Source: Balanoglossus misakiensis
Taxonomy: Eukaryota; Animalia; Hemichordata
Assembly (NCBI GenBank): GCA_040954595.2
Contig: CM082576.2
Coordinates: 15,175,028 to 15,239,027 of the forward strand
DNA: 64,000 nt
Direction: 5' to 3'
Part shown: positions 19,349-33,430 of the stretch, piece by piece
Layout: the number at the start of each line of letters is the position of its first letter
Position numbering within the stretch: position 1 is the first letter of the stretch
Translations under genes and position numbers: made by a program
The notes under the pieces: model-generated
The model's database searches: none
The model's input: the letters and a program-made list of their open reading frames with translations, nothing else
What the model was told of the DNA's origin: nothing

Positions 19349-20519
19349 TAGCTGAATCAAAAATAGTGTGGATAATGCATAAGATGAAACTCGAATGTCA
19401 TAGATACGTTGTTATAGCCAACCGGTGTACAACACACTTCTTTGGTTCATTTGTGTTAAGATGTTTTGTCATGCATCGTTTTCGAAGCTCTTTCTCGGTG
19501 AATGAAACCTCTGAACGGTATGGTCATATAAAACAATAGCAAAAGACAAATATCAATTCAAAATGCGTTAGATAGTCAAAACAGCTGAGTGCGTGTTCTA
19601 GAGTCTTTAAATATATACCCTCGGTTGCTATTTGCAGGAACCCGAACGTCGAGTTTAAACAGCCAGACGATGTTTTGCGTTTTAGCGTTGTTTGTACCCG
19701 TGTATTTGTACAATGGTCGTCTCAGCATACGTTCTAATAAATAACCAGAGTATTGAATTGTTTGTGTGAAGTTGTCATTATTCGTGCATCGCTTTCTATT
19801 TCTAGTTTCACGTAAATATAATAGAACATTGCCATGGTTTTGGGGGAAGTTACACTATACGAATTATTTCGCCGTCAGCAAATCCAAGATACTGCCAACA
19901 TTGGTACGCACGTGCTTCTCTGGAGATCAGAACACGTGCCTGGGAGGAGGGAAACGAGATCTCGCGTTCGGTTCAACTTTTGCACTCCCGCAAAACGTGT
20001 TCAGGTGTACTTTAGACGGCTGTTTTATTTATCGCGCGTGCTTCTGTCGAGATGAAGGAGAATATTCACCGTTGAACCAACTTTGGTACACACTGAAGGA
20101 ACAAATATAACTTGACTCTGACTGAAACAAAATCTTACTGTTGACAGTACATATTAAAGGGACATGAGCTGTATGATCTTGTGGCTTTTTTCAGTACATG
20201 TAATTTTGTTCTGTGTACCAAATACGATTCTTGTTCTACTCCAAAAAGCATGCTAATATAACCAGTACTCAAGTTGTCAACATAGCCTGTATGCTGGTGT
20301 AACGAATATTTGGAAATCGCCGGTTGTTATAATTTTAATCTCTCTACTCACTCTTCCAAGATGTATGGAAAACACGTATTACCAGCCGCTTAGTTGAACC
20401 CTTTCACCCCATTTCCCTGTGTGGAGGTTCACTGTCCAATTATACCAAACGAAAACAATAGGTTTGGACCAAACCACGGCGGTTGAAGGGTTAAACAGGT
20501 TGAGCCCCCTGTATTTAAT

Positions 20520-20903
20520 GTAGAACAACAAAGCACCAGCTTACATCTCTGACTTACTAGTAATCCACCTGAAAACTTCCGACAAGACTTCTTTGTTCAA
20601 ATGACAAATTTCTACTTCATGTACCATGGAGTAAGAAGAAATTAAAACGTACGGCGATCGCGCCTTTTCGTATATCGCCCCACTCATTTGGAACAGTGTC
20701 CCAATAGAAGTACGCCAGTCACCTCCCTAGCCTTGATAGTTTCAAGAAACACATCAAGACTTATCTGTTTAACAGAGCCTATTAACAGTAACTTTACATT
20801 TGGAATTTTGACATTGTAAAGCGCCATTGAACACTATTGTGAGTAGTGGAGTTTGGCGCTCTATAAACCCCTTTGAATGATTGATTGATTGATTGATTGA
20901 TTG
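20520..20903 (+). mobile_element. L2-type LINE 3' end
   Basis: LKTYGDRAFSYIAPLIWNSVP..FKKHIKTYLF, GTAAAGCGCC..GGCGCTCTATAAA stem, (ATTG)n tail. Confidence 0.8.
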
Positions 20904-22873
20904 AGCAAGCTTCAGTTGCATCATTTGTGCCACAGTCCATCAAGAAAGAGGGATTGTGTTTTTACCGTGCAAAGCAAATGCACTTCGGTGCAACAGTTCT
21001 AGTGTCCCAATGCGTTTTAAAGGTCATGTGCTTTGTTTAATGTACTTCCATTCGTGCACATGTTGATTTGCCCCTTTGAGAGAACCATAGATGCATAAGG
21101 TTCACGTCTCCGTGAAGTTTTTATCATGTCTTCGTGCTAAATGTGGGAATAAGAGATATGGAGAAGACCATTGAAATTGTTCAGCCTTCCAACGATATAC
21201 GTTTTTTTTATTATGCAACTCCAACCACTATGAAAACCAGTGTTCTGTAAAATAGTGTCACAATTTCCACTCCAGTTTTTAGGGAAGAACCTACCTTTCA
21301 ACGTCTGTTTTCTAAGGATATCAATACAATAAATTTTTAGGTGTATATACATAGCGTTCTTAGAAAGTAGGATCTGGTGACCTTTAAATTCTTTCAACAC
21401 ACTGTAGGGTAAACTACAGCGCGTAAAGACTGCATTAGTACTCCCCCTTCATGCGTCATATCACAGGAGGTCCGAGATATATACAGTTTTGATATCAGCG
21501 TGCCCGCAGGCTGTTTTTTCCCGCTTCAATGAATATATGAATCAAGGTTGTAATAGTAACACACTTTTCAATAAAACCTCGCGGGATAGTGCAGACCAAG
21601 ACGTGACAAGACGTTTCCACAAATAGAAAAAAAACACGATTATCTTCCCCCCCCCCCCCAATCATCGACATGATTTTACCATCCTCTTGAGTGGTCATCG
21701 GCCCCCTTTAATTTTTTTTATATTATAATGGATTGGGTTCTGCTTCTTTGCTCTAACACTTTCCAACCCTGGGAATCCATTTTTAGGATTTGGCTGAATG
21801 ATTTTATTTCAAAACTGCGTTATCTGAATTCGGCTCAACGTGAGTTCGGAGAAAATCTAAAGGTTTCAATGTCGATGGATTTCTTTATATGTGCGGGATG
21901 ATAACAGTATTTTGTAACGGCCTCGTCGGTTCATTTGAATTTGTATGTATATCTGTATGTATTATATACCTGTATTCTTGCAGTCATTATCAGCTGAATC
22001 CAGATTTTCAGTTTACAAGATTGCCAGAATTTTTAGATGAAAAACTTCATGCCAGCAACATCGTCTGCTCCATCGTTCACAAAACGAGCTACTTCGGGAG
22101 CCTTCATTATTTACGGCCTGGGGGAGGGGTCAGAGGAATTTAACTAGAAACTCCAAAATTCTGAGCCATCCAACCAACCAACCAACCAACCAACCAACCA
22201 ACCAACCAGCCAAGCATATGCAGAATTTGAGTGACCCCTTCCCCATTTCACTCTCAACCCGGAACAATTACATACATCAAGAATCACGCACCACACTCAA
22301 ACTAAGGGAGCCTTCAGTAATTATAGGGGTGGGGGTGGGCCGGGGGGATTAAGCGTACACCTGACCTGTAAATGTGACCCCCCCCCCCTTGACCGACATT
22401 GTAAAACCTGACACTCCCCATCCCACCACTTTTAGTAGGACATTTTGTGCCACGATATAGTTACGGTTTACGAATGTGTTTTTTTAATCAAAAATAATTT
22501 TTAGAAATCACTAAATAAAACCTTTTTTATATGCGCCGACTCTGAGGCGATCATCTCAGCAACAGCGCCACCATCGGCAAATTGTGACATTTTGCAGTTC
22601 AGTCTGCAAATCTGACGTCATATTCATCAAGGACCAGCGTCTGTCATTCATGGCTGAAGCCATCGAGGCCGGAGGAAGAGTTTTGGAGGAAAAGCAATGG
22701 GTTTGTGATGTGTCAGACACCACAACGTTTTCTGATGTTCTGAGAATATTATGTAAAGTAGGCCTATGTGATGAAGAGAAATACCCAGACCACTTGGACA
22801 TAGGCTAAAGGTCCTACTAACCATGCTGACCACATGGGCACAGCGCCAATGACGGCAACAGTCAAACTCTTCA

Positions 22874-24460
22874 TGTATACATGTAGAGGTCAATAACCTT
22901 TATTAAGACATAAGTTTTGATGTTTACAGTAAAGAGCGATCTAAGTGATGAAATTATTGCTATCTTGAAAAGCTGATTACTTTACAAATATCGAGGCCTG
23001 GGAATGTCAATCAACGAACGAACTTTATTAATTCTTGTATGAAGTAGACTTTTATTATATTGAAATAAGTAGGAGGAGGTGTTTGCTGTAGGATGGTTGC
23101 CAGTCCTTGTATTGGATCACCTTGGTTTATTCGTGATCTTGGTAGTGATAATTTCTTCTAAGATTTACGTCAATGACTGACAGCCAATCCGAGGAATACG
23201 TTGTTGTGTTGTAATTTTGTAATTGGACAATCAAGAATATGCGGAGTGTATTGTAAGTTTATAATTGGACAATGCGGATCACGCTATGATGAATCTTTAA
23301 TTTCTTTTCATTAAGAAAGAGATATAACCCTGTAAATTCTTGTTTTGAGCAAGGCCACAACCTTGCAGACAACTTCGTGTTACCACGCCTCTCAATCAGC
23401 AATAAAAGTCTTTTTTTGACTTGCACTACTTCGAGTTTCACCGTCTCTACTTTGGCAGATCCCATCTCACATTTTGTAGCCAAAAATCTGAAGTACCAGC
23501 TCTACTAGCCGTAACATTTGGTGGAGAAGTCCGACGGGTACCAGAGCAAGTTCGTTTCGTGACAACACGTCGTGGGGGTACGATACGAAGTCAGAATGGC
23601 AGACAATCAACACCAACAACAACCAGAGGCAGAGGCAGAGCCGCAACAGCAGGCTCAACAACAAGCGGCCGAGGCTCCAGATGCTGACTGCAGCAAGGCA
23701 GCATCCACGCCCACAGCTGGCTGACGTCCGTCTACAGCTTGTACCGATGGCTCAGACGGTATCTCACCGGCAATCTTCAAAGGCCGAGAAGATGAAGACG
23801 TTTATCAGTGGTGGCAGAGATACCTAGACTTCAGGGGCTGGACTGACGATAAGAAACGCAGCGGCGTTGGCCTAAACCTTGCCGGCGAAGCCGAACGATG
23901 GTACCGAAGCCAACCTGACGAGGTGAAGAACGACCTCGACACCATCGGGACTAAGCTGCGGGAACGCTTTGATAAGTATGGCCCTATGTGGCTGTACGAC
24001 CAACAGCTATACAAGCTTAGACAGCAGCCCCGCCAGTCGGTCGAGCAATACGCCGCTTTGCTCAAAGACAAGACCGACAAAGCGCAAAAATCCGACAGGG
24101 AGCTCCTGTCTTTCTTCATGAATGGCCTGAGACCAGGCATTCGTGGCGGGACGGACTCCGAATGATTTTGCGTCGGCGTATTTACACGCCAAGACAGCTG
24201 AAGTGGTTACCAAGCTCCCCACAGACGAGGATGAGCCCACCCCCGACATCCGATCGATCATCGGGCACCTAAATACCCTATCCAAGGAGATCAAGACCCT
24301 CATGACAAGAGCAGAACCACGGCCGCAACCTCCAGGGGACCGGCGTTCAGCACAGAGACGACCACCAACCACTTACGGAGGACGATCAATAAGGATGCTC
24401 ATGTAGAATGTTTTAATTGTCGTTAAATAGGTCATAGTGCCCCCACCTGTCCTAGAAATT
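22874..24460 (+). mobile_element. Gypsy element A: 5' LTR (22874-23516), PBS, degenerate gag
   Basis: TG..CA LTR homologous to 25258-25858; PBS TGGTGGAGAA (complementary to a tRNA-Ala-type 3' end); gag from ATG 23596 with frameshifts. Confidence 0.85.
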
Positions 24461-24469
24461 TTGAAAATC

Positions 24470-25157
24470 AGTACAAAACGGCCATGATCCGTCGGGTTTG
24501 CGAACTAAAACAACAGGACTCGTGTAAGGAGAGGTAGACGGTTCAATTGTTCTAATACTTTGCCAACCTGTGATTCAAATTATTTTCTTTTCTCCGGAGT
24601 AACTCTGTACGGTGAACGTCTAAATGGTACGGAACCCTCCTGAAGTGGGATTTTATGTTTGATTATGTCGCAATGACCTTATTTACCAGTATACATTTGT
24701 AATCAACAAAAGCATCAGAGTTTCTTAGCAACACCTCACAAGTCATTTAATCGTAGTCAATCGTAGTCAACAGCGGTCTGTTTAACACTCTGTGATACTG
24801 TGCTAAAGGAATTATATAACTTTGAACAGGCAAGGGTGAGAACATTCCGACAACAGTATTTTTCTTTATACAAACTTCAGATTCTAAAGTATTAACAATA
24901 CGCACAGGAATAAATTTCTTGTCGGAATATGCCAAACTTCTCGCCAATAAAACACCAGGTGTGAATTTAGACATTTTATTACTAACACAACCCAAAATAC
25001 CACTACGAAATTTAGAGGACACTTTAGTTGTAATTATTGCTTCGCTATTTGGAGGAATCAAAACATCATTGCTAGCTCTCACAGATACCTTTTTGACTTT
25101 AAGTTTATACTATTTGCTTGGAAATCAACAACAGCACCATATCAATTAAAGAATGTA
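24470..25157 (-). mobile_element. Inverted, deleted Gypsy pol fragment (protease to RT start)
   Basis: Reverse-complement homolog of about 27108-28075. Confidence 0.85.
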
Positions 25158-25935
25158 TTACGATATATAAAAATGGGAAAATTGAAGAATTCGATTGACA
25201 TTAAAGAATTGTAATTTCTATGAGTAATTTCCAGTTACATTTAGATCAATAATTCTGTGTATAGAGGTCAAATACCTTTAGGTAAGACATTAATTAATAG
25301 CCACAACATTTAATTACCTTGGAAATATCGAGTACTTTACAAATATTGAGACCTGGGAATTTCAATCAACGAATGATTTTAATTACATATTTTACGTAAT
25401 GTACCTTTATATTATTAAAATACGAGGGAGGAGATGTTTGCATACGATGGTTGCTAGTCCTTGTATTTGATCACCTTCAGTTGGTCGTGATCTTGACAGA
25501 GATAATTTCTTCTTTGAGAACCGACAGCCAATCCGAAGGATATTTCAGAGTGTAATAATTTTGTAATTGGACGATCAAGAAAATGCCGATGTGTTGTAAA
25601 GTTGTAATTGGACAATGAGGATCACGCTATGATGAATCTTTGATTTCTCTTCTTTCTCAAAGACATATAAACTCTGTAATTCCTTGCTTTGAGTAGAACA
25701 ACCATCTTGCAGACAACCGTGTGTTGTAAAGCCTTTGCACCAGAAATAAAGCCTTCTGACTCCCCCTACTTCGAGTCTCAACGAGTCTCTACTTTGGTAG
25801 ATCCTGCACACCTCTTTGCTACTGCAAAGTTAGAGTACCATCTGGACCAGCCGTAACATTTGGTGGAGAAGTCCGACGGGTATCGAAGCAAACTCGTTAA
25901 TGACAACATGTAGTGGGACGAGATACAACATCAGA

Positions 25936-26939
25936 ATGGCAGACAATCAACTTCCAGCACCACTGGAGGCAGAAGTAGGAGCAGAGGCAGAGCCACAACA
26001 GCAGGCTCCTGAACAAGCGGCAGAAGTACAAGGTGCTGAATAGCAAGGCATCTTACAAGCCCAGCTGGGTGAAATCCGTTTAGCTTGTACTGATAGCTCA
26101 GACGGTTTATCACCAGCTACCTTCAGAGGTCGTGAAGACGAAAACGTACATCAGTGGTGGCAAAGATATCTATACTTTGCTAACATCAGGATTGGGCTGA
26201 CGACAAGAAACGAAGCGGCATTGGTCTATACCTTGCCGGAGAGGCCGAACGATGGTTCCGGAGCCAGCCTGACGAGGTGAAGAACGACCTCGAGACCATC
26301 GGAACTAAGCTGCGGGAACGCTTTGATAAGTATGGCCCTATGTGGCTGTACGACCAACAGCTATACAAGCTTAGACAGCAGCCCCGCCAGTCGGTCGAGC
26401 AATAAGCCGCCTTGCTCAAAGATAAAACCGACAAGGCGCAAAAACCCTACAGGGAGCTCCTGTCTTTCTTCATGAACGGCCTGAGACCTAAAATACAGGC
26501 CTTCGTGGCGGGACGGACTCCGAAGGATTTTGCGTCGGCGTATCTACACGCCAAAACAGCTGAAGTTGTCACCAAACTCCCCACAGACGAAGATGAGCCC
26601 ACCCCTGGCGTCCGAGCGATCATCGGTCACCTGAACACTTTATCTGAAGAGATCAAGACCCTTCAGAACAGAGAAGACCAGAAACCGCAACATCCAGGGG
26701 ACCGACGTTCAGAACAGAGACGACCACCTGCCAACTACGCAAGACGACCACCTGCTACCTATGGAGGACGAGCAATACGAAATGCTCAGGTAGAATGCTT
26801 TAATTGTCGTCAAATAGGTCATAGTGCTCCCAATTGTCCTAGAAACTCCCGCAGATATTTTGATACACGAATTTGTTATTCTTGTAAACAGCCTGGGCAT
26901 ATCGCACGAAATTGTCGACGTGCTCATTTAAACAATTAA
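25936..26939 (+). pseudogene. gag: Gypsy gag with internal stops
   Basis: CFNCRQIGHSAPNC and CYSCKQPGHIARNC zinc knuckles; in-frame stops upstream. Confidence 0.88.
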
Positions 26940-29900
26940 GGCCCACTTGGGATATTTGTTCCGCTGAGTCACCCAGTGAACGGCCGCAATTTGGATTTAA
27001 TCAGACTCGTAAGGGAGCGCATGACATAAAGGGCACTAGTGGTCAATCTGATGAAACACCTATTATTAGTGATAATAAGATTATTGTTTCCATTTGTTCA
27101 AGAGATGTACATTCTTTAATTGATACCGGAGCAAACATAACTGTCGCACCAATCCGACTGTTGAGAATGATTCCTGAACTGAGCAAATATCAAATTTATG
27201 AATCTCGTTATCATTCTGTTCAAACTGCTGATGCAAGTAAACTCAATGTGATGGGATTTATGAAAATACCTGCTCAAGTTGGGAATCAAACGGTAATTTT
27301 ATACGTTAACCTTGTCGACACTCTCAGCCATGATTTAATTTTGGGTGTTGATTTTATGCGACGTTATGGTGCTGTTGTTAATTTCCAAACCAATAGTATA
27401 AATTTAAAATCAAAGGTATCTGTCAGGGCTAGTAATAATGTTTTAATTCCTCCAAATAGCGAAGCAATAGTTACAACTAAAGTGTCTTCTAAATTTCGAA
27501 ATGGTATTCTAGGTTGTGTTAACGATAAGAGGTCTAAATTACCTCCTGGTGTTCTAATGGCGAGAAGTTTGGCATATTCCGACAAGAAATTTATTCCTGT
27601 GCGTGTTGTTAATACTTTAGAATCAGAAGTTTGTATAAAGAAAAATACTGTTGTCGGAATGTTCTCGCCCTTGCCTGTTCAAAGTCATATCATTTCTTTA
27701 GATAAGCCTAATGTTAGCACAGTATCATCAAGTGTTAAACAGACCAAAACAAATTACTTGTTGACTCAACTGCGATTAGACAACTTAGATGTAAATAATG
27801 AAGAGAGGGAACAACTTAAACAGGTGTTGTTCAGAAACTCTGATGCTTTTGTTGATTCTACTGGCAAATTAGGTCATTGTGATATAATCAAGCATACAAT
27901 CCCACTTGAGGAGGGGGCCGTACCATTTAGACGTCCACCGTACAGAGTAACGCAGGAGAAAAGGCGAGAATTAGAATCACAAGTTGACAAATTATTAGCG
28001 CAGGGTATAATTGAACCATCTACCTCTCCATACGCGAGTCCTGTTGTTTTAGTTCGCAAACCCGACGGATCGTGGCGATTTTGTAGTGATTTTCGACAAT
28101 TGAACAAAATTACCGTGCCTGACTCTTTTCCCTTGCCGCGAACAGACGAATCACTTGAAATGTTAGGGAGAAGCAAGCCGCAGTATTTTCCCACTTTAGA
28201 TTTACAGTCTGGATTTTTTCAGTTAGATTTAGACGAAGAGAGTAGACCTAAGACAGCTTTTGTAACTCATCAAGGGTTATATCAATATCGTCGCCTAGCT
28301 CAAGGATTACGCAACAGTCCTAGTTGTTTTCAACGCACCATGCAATTTGTTTTGCGCAATATTATGTGGCAATATGTACTTTGTTATATCGACGACATAA
28401 TAGTTTTCAGTAGCACATTCGAAGAGCATTTGCAACATCTTGACACAGTTTTGACTAGATTACGCGACGCCGGACTTAAGTTAAAACCCGGCAAATGTCA
28501 ATTAATGAGAAAGAGCGTTAAATTTCTAGGTCATATTATAAACCGAGACGGAATCGCTGTCGACGAGAGCAAAGTGACCGCTGTCAAGAATTATCCCCGC
28601 CCACACACTGTCACACAACTTAAGTCATTTCTAGGTTTAGCTAATTACTATCGGAAATTCATTAAGAATTTCTCCATTATCGCCAGGCCACTGCATAAGT
28701 TGTTGGGTAAGGATGAAAAATTCCTTTGGAATGAAAGGTGCGAAGCTGCATTCCAACAGTTGAAACAGGATTTATGCGAAGCACCGATATTGGGGTATCC
28801 TGATTCCAGCAAAGATTTCATTGTTTACACGGATTGTTCCACTCATGCACTTGGTTTTGTATTGGCACAACAACAGGATGGTATTGAACGAGTTATTTTG
28901 TATGGCGGGAGAAGTTTAAATTGTCACGAACGAAATTATACGAAGCATTGGCGGTAGTCCATGCCATTCGTTATTGTGATCCATACATTCGTAATAATCA
29001 TATCACCATAGTAACGGACCATTCCAACTTAACATACATGTTCAAACAGAAAATACCTAAAGGCCGTATTGGCCGTTGGATCATGACCATGCAACAATAT
29101 GCATGACTATGAAATTATTTACAGACCTGGTAGGAAACATATGAATGCTGACGGGTTGTCAAGGCGACCTTATTCCCAGTGTGAAGGGTACAAGTCTGAC
29201 GTAACTGACTTAGAGCAGGCTCCCGAGATAAACTACGAACCTAATAGCCAAATCGTAATGTTAGATAAGTCTGTAAATACTGAGCCATCACATCCGCTTG
29301 GTGTAAATAATGTTGAGATAAGGCATCGACCGGAACCTGAGGTTAATGATTCTCCTAATACTGAGGCCACCTCAGGGTACGGGACTTTAACTCGTAGCTC
29401 CGATAATTCCTCTCAGTCACAAATCGAGGATACATTTGATGAAGAGGTCCAATCACAAATGAAGGGAGAGCAAAGAAAGGATAGTTATCTAAATAAATTT
29501 CTTAATTATTTGGAGAATGATGAATTGCCTACAGATCTCAAGCTGGCTCGTAAATTCGTTAATATGGCTCCAAATTATGACATTGTTGACGGGGCTTTGT
29601 ATCATTTTTGGAAACCCACGGGGAAATCAACTGATAAGCTTGACTGTGTTAGGCAGGTCGTAATACCTAAATCTTTACGAAATTATGTCTTAAGGGGGGC
29701 TCATGATTGTGTTTTGGGGGGACATTTAGGGTATACCAAGACGTTAGGAGTTCTGAGGCAGAGATATTTTGGGAACGAATGCCTCGGGACGTTAACATGT
29801 ATGTTAAGACGTGCGCACATTGTCACACAAGAAAACGAGCCACGCCCCCAACACACGCCAAGTTGTTACCTATTCCAGTTTCAGGACCCTGGGACCGACT

Positions 29901-30186
29901 GGGTATGGATATTGTGGGACCACTCCCCAGAACTTATGATGGTCATAAGTACATTCTAGTACTCACTGACTACTTTTCTAAATTCCCACTAGCGTATCCA
30001 TTACGAAATGCACGAGCTGAGACAGATGCTAAGGTCTTGTTTGATGAAGTCATCGCTACTTATGGCAGTCCAAGAGTTTTGATGAGTGATCAGGGATCGA
30101 ATTTTTTGTCTCAAGTTGTTCAAGAAACTTGTAAATTCTTCAACATTCAAAGGAAAGTTTCCACCCCTTATCGTCCACAGACTAAT
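26927..30186 (+). pseudogene. pol: Gypsy pol (protease, RT, RNase H, partial integrase), frameshifted after about 28940
   Basis: LIDTGA, YIDD, YTDCS, HHCC (GAHD..GHLG..CAHC), GMDIVGPLP, SDQG, ending at PQTN. Confidence 0.93.
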
Positions 30187-31088
30187 GAATGTACATCTCT
30201 TGAACAAATGGAAACAATAATCTTATTATCACTAATAATAGGGGTTTCATCAGATTGATCACTAGTGCCCCTATGTCCTGCACTCCCTTACGAGTCTGAT
30301 TAAATCCAAATTGCGGCCGTTCACTGGGTGACTCAGCGGAACAAATATCCCAAGTGGGCCTTAATTGTTTAAATGAGCACGTCGACAATTTCGTGCGATA
30401 TGCCCAGGTTGTTTACAAGAATAACAAATTCGAGTATCAAAATATCTGCGGGAGTTACTAGGACAATTGGGAGCACTATGACCTATTTGACGACAATTAA
30501 AGCATTCTACCTGAGCATTTCGTATTGCTCGTCCTCCATAGGTAGCAGGTGGTCGTCTTGCGTAGTCGGCAGGTGGTCGTCTCTGTTCTGAACGTCGGTC
30601 CCCTGGATGTTGCGGTTTCTGGTCTGCTCTGCTCTGAAGGGTCTTGATCTCTTCAGATAAAGTGTTCAGGTGACCGATGATCGCTCGGACGCCGGGGGTG
30701 GGTTCATCCTCGTCTGAGGGGAGCTTGGTGACAACTTCAGCTGTTTTGGCGTGTAGATACGCCGACGCAAAATCCTTCGGAGTCCGTCCCGCCACGAAGG
30801 CCTGTATTTTAGGTCTCAGGCCGTTCATGAAGAAAGACAGGAGCTCCCTGTCAGATTTTTGCGCCTTGTCGGTTTTATCTTTGAGCAAGGCAGCATATTG
30901 CTCGACCGACTGGCGGGGCTGCTGTCTAAGCTGGTATAGCTGTTCGTCGTACAGCCACAAAGGGCCATACTTACCAAAGCGTTCCCGCAGCTTAGTCCCG
31001 ATGGTCTCGAGGTCGTTCTTCACCTCGTCAGGTTGGCTTCGGTACCATCGTTCGGCCTCGCCGGCAAGATATAGACCGATGCCGCTGA
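30187..31088 (-). mobile_element. Inverted Gypsy gag/pol-start fragment
   Basis: Close reverse-complement copy of about 26215-27114. Confidence 0.92.
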
Positions 31089-31349
31089 CTGAGCTCAACC
31101 AACATCATTTCACCTCACGACATTTTTAGCATCAGGTTAGGGAATGAAAACCACTCGTATTGTCTTTGTACTGTCTTGTAATTGTTATGTTGTCGTGTGT
31201 GTTTTATGTTGCTTTGTGTAGTTACAATGCGTTTTACCTTATTTTACATCACTGCAAATACCAAAACATGTGCTTTATGAAGAAATATTTTTCTTCCGAA
31301 CAAAAGATTTACATTGTATTACATTCATGGAAGTTATATTTATTCAGAT

Positions 31350-32300
31350 ATTCATTTTTTTAATTAATTTTTATAGGAAACAAAAGACACAACAAAAACA
31401 ACACAAAAACACAAAACGACAAGCGAGGTCAATAAAGATTAACGCTTACAAAGATAGAAAAAGTAAGATTTGTTACAACTCACAATGCAAAAGTACTGCC
31501 CATTTTGTTTCATACTGATTTACAGTTTTTCTATATTTTGCAAGTTTACCTTCAACACAGCGGACTTCTCTAATTTTATCCATAAATAAACGAAAATTCA
31601 AAGGGTGGGAATTAAATCTGGCTGTATAGATAAAGTATTTTCCCAATAATAAAAGGTGATTAAAAAAGAATAGAATCGTTTGAATTGTACAAATCTGAGC
31701 CAAGAACTACTGTTTGGCAATTCAACTGGAGTGTATGCTTCGAATTGTTTGACCAAGATAACTCAAATTTTTTTCCAAAAAATTGTTAGCTTTTGTACAT
31801 TCCCAGAATAAGTGCTCCATTGTTTCGGTATTATTGCAATGATCGCATAGATCATTAGGGCGTAGTTTTCTAATATGTAGAAACTTATTAGTCGCAATTA
31901 TCCTGTGCAAAATTTTGTACTGAAAATTACGCATTTTCTGTTCTATTGTTGTATTTTTAATCCTGCTCCAAATAATTTTCCAATCAGGGGAAATATTATA
32001 CAACCTTTCAATGTAGGCTTGACTTCTGGGAGGTACAAACTTGCTTCTAACTAATTTTTCATAAATCGTTTTGACTGACCCATCACCCAGCGGGCAGTCT
32101 TGGTCATTTACAGATGTATGTCTGGTTCCATAAATTTTTTGAAGGTTTCTGGAATAGCGTGGATGAGGCTATGATATTTGAGAAACTGACTCTTTGCAAT
32201 GTTATATTTTGTTGAAAACTTGTCCCAGGAAAGGTATTTACCTTCAGATATTCATTTTTATATTTTAGTGACAGAAGTATTCTTGTACAGGTTGCCATTG
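31350..32300 (-). mobile_element. L1/Tx1-type LINE 3' end
   Basis: FQYKILHRIIATN..CDHCNNTETMEHLFWEC (zf-RVT-like). Confidence 0.85.
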
Positions 32301-32592
32301 CGAATTACATACTTAGTTCATAATACATATGCTAAAACTTTCTTTTCTGAATAAAGTAGACACTGTTTCAATATATTGCAGCCAAATGAATTTTGTTCCA
32401 TGATACAAATATATGTGATGGGAATCATGAAGGTTGTGGATATTGTACATGCATAAGTAGTAGAAATAGACTGCACAGAAATACCCACATCGCGGGGAGG
32501 TGGCGGCGGTGGTGGATGACGGTGACGGTAGGACCCCACGCTTCTTGAAACCACTACATCGAGGGAGGGTGGAGGAGGGTGGTGCAATTGTC

Positions 32593-32928
32593 CAAGGTTC
32601 TTAAATATGTATTTTCATGCATAGCCGGGTTTCTTAACGAAAAATTGAGGTTCTTACGTTTTACACCCTACAAAGTCAAAACTACTAAAGGTTCTAGTTG
32701 ACAAAGTCTTATTTTTAGTCGATGCGATGATAATTTCCAATTAAAAATTAATAATTATAATTATTTATCTCTCCGAAATCACCAAGGTTCTTAAATAGGC
32801 ATTTTCACGCATAGCCGAGGTTCTGACCGAAAAATCGAGGTTCTTACGTTTTAGAGCCTACAAAGTCAAAATAAGTCAGTGTTCTAGCTGACAAAGTCTT
32901 ATTTTTTAGTCGATGCGATGATAATTTC
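32593..32928. repeat. Two diverged tandem copies of a unit spaced about 190 bp apart
   Basis: CCAAGGTTCTTAAATA...GATGCGATGATAATTTC at 32592 and 32782. Confidence 0.8.
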
Positions 32929-33049
32929 TCAAATTAGGCCAATAGGGTTGGTCCTAAGTAAGTCTCAAGTTAATTCGGGATTATCCTTCACGAGATCGCC
33001 ACCAGAGATGGACCATATGGACTTACCGATAAAACAGCCAAAGGTAAAC

Positions 33050-33430
33050 ATTTTGTAAAACAAGGTTCCATTTTATGACCCTTTCTGTTTCTAATTTCCA
33101 TTAATGATTTACCTTTGAGTCTTAGCATGGGCAACCTTGATATATTTGGTGATGATCAAACACTTTGTGTCTCTGGCATTTCTATTGATGAGGTTGGTAC
33201 AAAACTTCAAGAGGACGTTTTACCAATTTCCACCTGGGTTTCAAATAATGCCATGTCAATTAACACCAGCAAGACAAAATGGATGATTGTTACCTCTCGC
33301 CCAAAAGTTAATAATGTGTCACTCTCGATATTAAGATCAATAACATTTGCATATCTTGTGTTTGCTCTCACACACTTCTTGGAATAGAGATTGACAATGC
33401 TTCAACCTGGGATGATCATATAGATAACTT
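33050..33430 (+). mobile_element. CR1/L2-group RT fragment
   Basis: QGSIL*PFLFLISINDLP..IFGDDQT..INTSKTK. Confidence 0.8.

Larger units (their letters stand above)
25258..30186 (+). mobile_element. Gypsy element B: 5' LTR (25258-25858), PBS, gag, pol truncated within integrase
   Basis: LTR TG..CA, PBS, gag with two CCHC knuckles, domain order PR-RT-RH-IN. Confidence 0.93.

Noticed and set aside
22874-25858. Two LTRs as the 5' and 3' ends of one element
   Set aside because: Both are followed by PBS and gag, the second has no polypurine tract, and they are visibly diverged
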